Positions 60,889 to 61,105 of a stretch of DNA of 61,105 bases are shown piece after piece. The stretch is from an uncultured virus (IMG/VR IMGVR_UViG_3300020213_000018). Lineage: Duplodnaviria; Heunggongvirae; Uroviricota; Caudoviricetes. The notes under the pieces are model-generated. The model did not search any database. It had not been told where the DNA came from and was given only the letters and a program-made list of their open reading frames with translations. The stretch is from IMG/VR virus record IMGVR_UViG_3300020213_000018; one strand, written 5' to 3'. The first letter of the stretch is position 1, and every line of letters begins with the position of its first letter. Made by a program: the position numbers and the translations under genes.

Positions 60889-60978
60889 TTAGTTTAAGTC
60901 CCAACAAACTTCGGTTAGAAATTCACTTGGTAATTGTACATTTTCAATTTCTTTTTTATGCCTAATAGCCAATCTTTC
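60889..60978 (-). pseudogene. possible C-terminal remnant or 3' exon of a gene interrupted by the tnpB element
   Basis: Open frame ERLAIRHKKEIENVQLPSEFLTEVCWDLN* directly after the element end, stopping 12 nt before the DHH gene start. Confidence 0.45.
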
Positions 60979-61105
60979 CTGACATACTCTCGTCCCTAAA
61001 GGAAACGAGGTTCTTCAACCAAAGCATATCCTAACGGATTACTTTTGCGATTGAGAGCAATGCCCTTGCTCAAAATATTTTTCGCAGCGTTTGTATCAGC
61101 ATTAC
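60979..61105 (-). mobile_element. right end of an IS200/IS605-type element (omega-RNA scaffold 3' region)
   Basis: Minus strand GAAC-CTCGTTTCCTTTAGGGACGAG-AGTATGTCAG: subterminal hairpin and a GTCA/TCAG end overlapping the tnpB stop. Confidence 0.75.
60996..61103 (-). CDS. tnpB: TnpB C-terminus, partial
   Basis: Manual translation NADTNAAKNILSKG...EEPRFL*, matching the RuvC-III D-x-N-A-A-x-N-I motif. Confidence 0.8.
   Translation of the reverse strand, partial: NADTNAAKNILSKGIALNRKSNPLGYALVEEPRFL

Noticed and set aside
1..61105. Stop-codon reassignment as in some large phages
   Set aside because: The standard code already gives dense tiling and ORFs up to 2638 aa
1..61105. Eukaryotic NCLDV origin (A32-like ATPase, Topo IB, GT cluster)
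   Set aside because: Operon-like overlaps, intrinsic terminators, DUF3310, deformylase, RadC, DnaA-IV-like and polyvalent domains point to a bacterial host; disfavoured but not formally excluded
1..61105. tRNA or rRNA genes
   Set aside because: No cloverleaf-like or GC-rich structured segment noticed in the short intergenic gaps; not verified with tRNAscan or Infernal

Overview
AT-rich, gene-dense, almost entirely minus-strand segment of a large virus-like element. A bacterial, probably Bacteroidota, host is suggested by A-rich leaders without Shine-Dalgarno sequences, TAnnTTTG boxes, and thyA, DUF3310, DHH and tnpB genes. Four blocks are visible. (1) ~0.2-11 kb: glycosyl-, methyl- and pyruvyl-transferase cluster, interleaved with paralogues of an unknown beta-rich ~140-aa domain. 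(2) ~11-18 kb: an A32/FtsK-type packaging-ATPase-like gene, a DnaA-domain-IV-like HTH gene, and acidic, basic and membrane proteins. (3) ~17.9-54 kb: eight co-oriented polyvalent proteins (313-2638 aa) carrying ART-PolyVal, DUF3140, peptide deformylase, N6-adenine MTase, Strawberry-notch helicase, LPD1/zincin, beta-clamp-like, RadC/JAB, GNAT and topoisomerase IB domains. (4) ~54-61 kb: small phage-type genes ending at the 3' end of a tnpB element. The main signal is a short motif, [FYML]-x-x-G-G-x-[IVL], present roughly 50 times by eye in block 3 and sitting at domain boundaries. It suggests di-glycine-punctuated polyproteins, or a virion-loading tag. No terminase, portal or tail gene was recognised in the window. 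All family calls come from motif recognition by eye; no searches were run.
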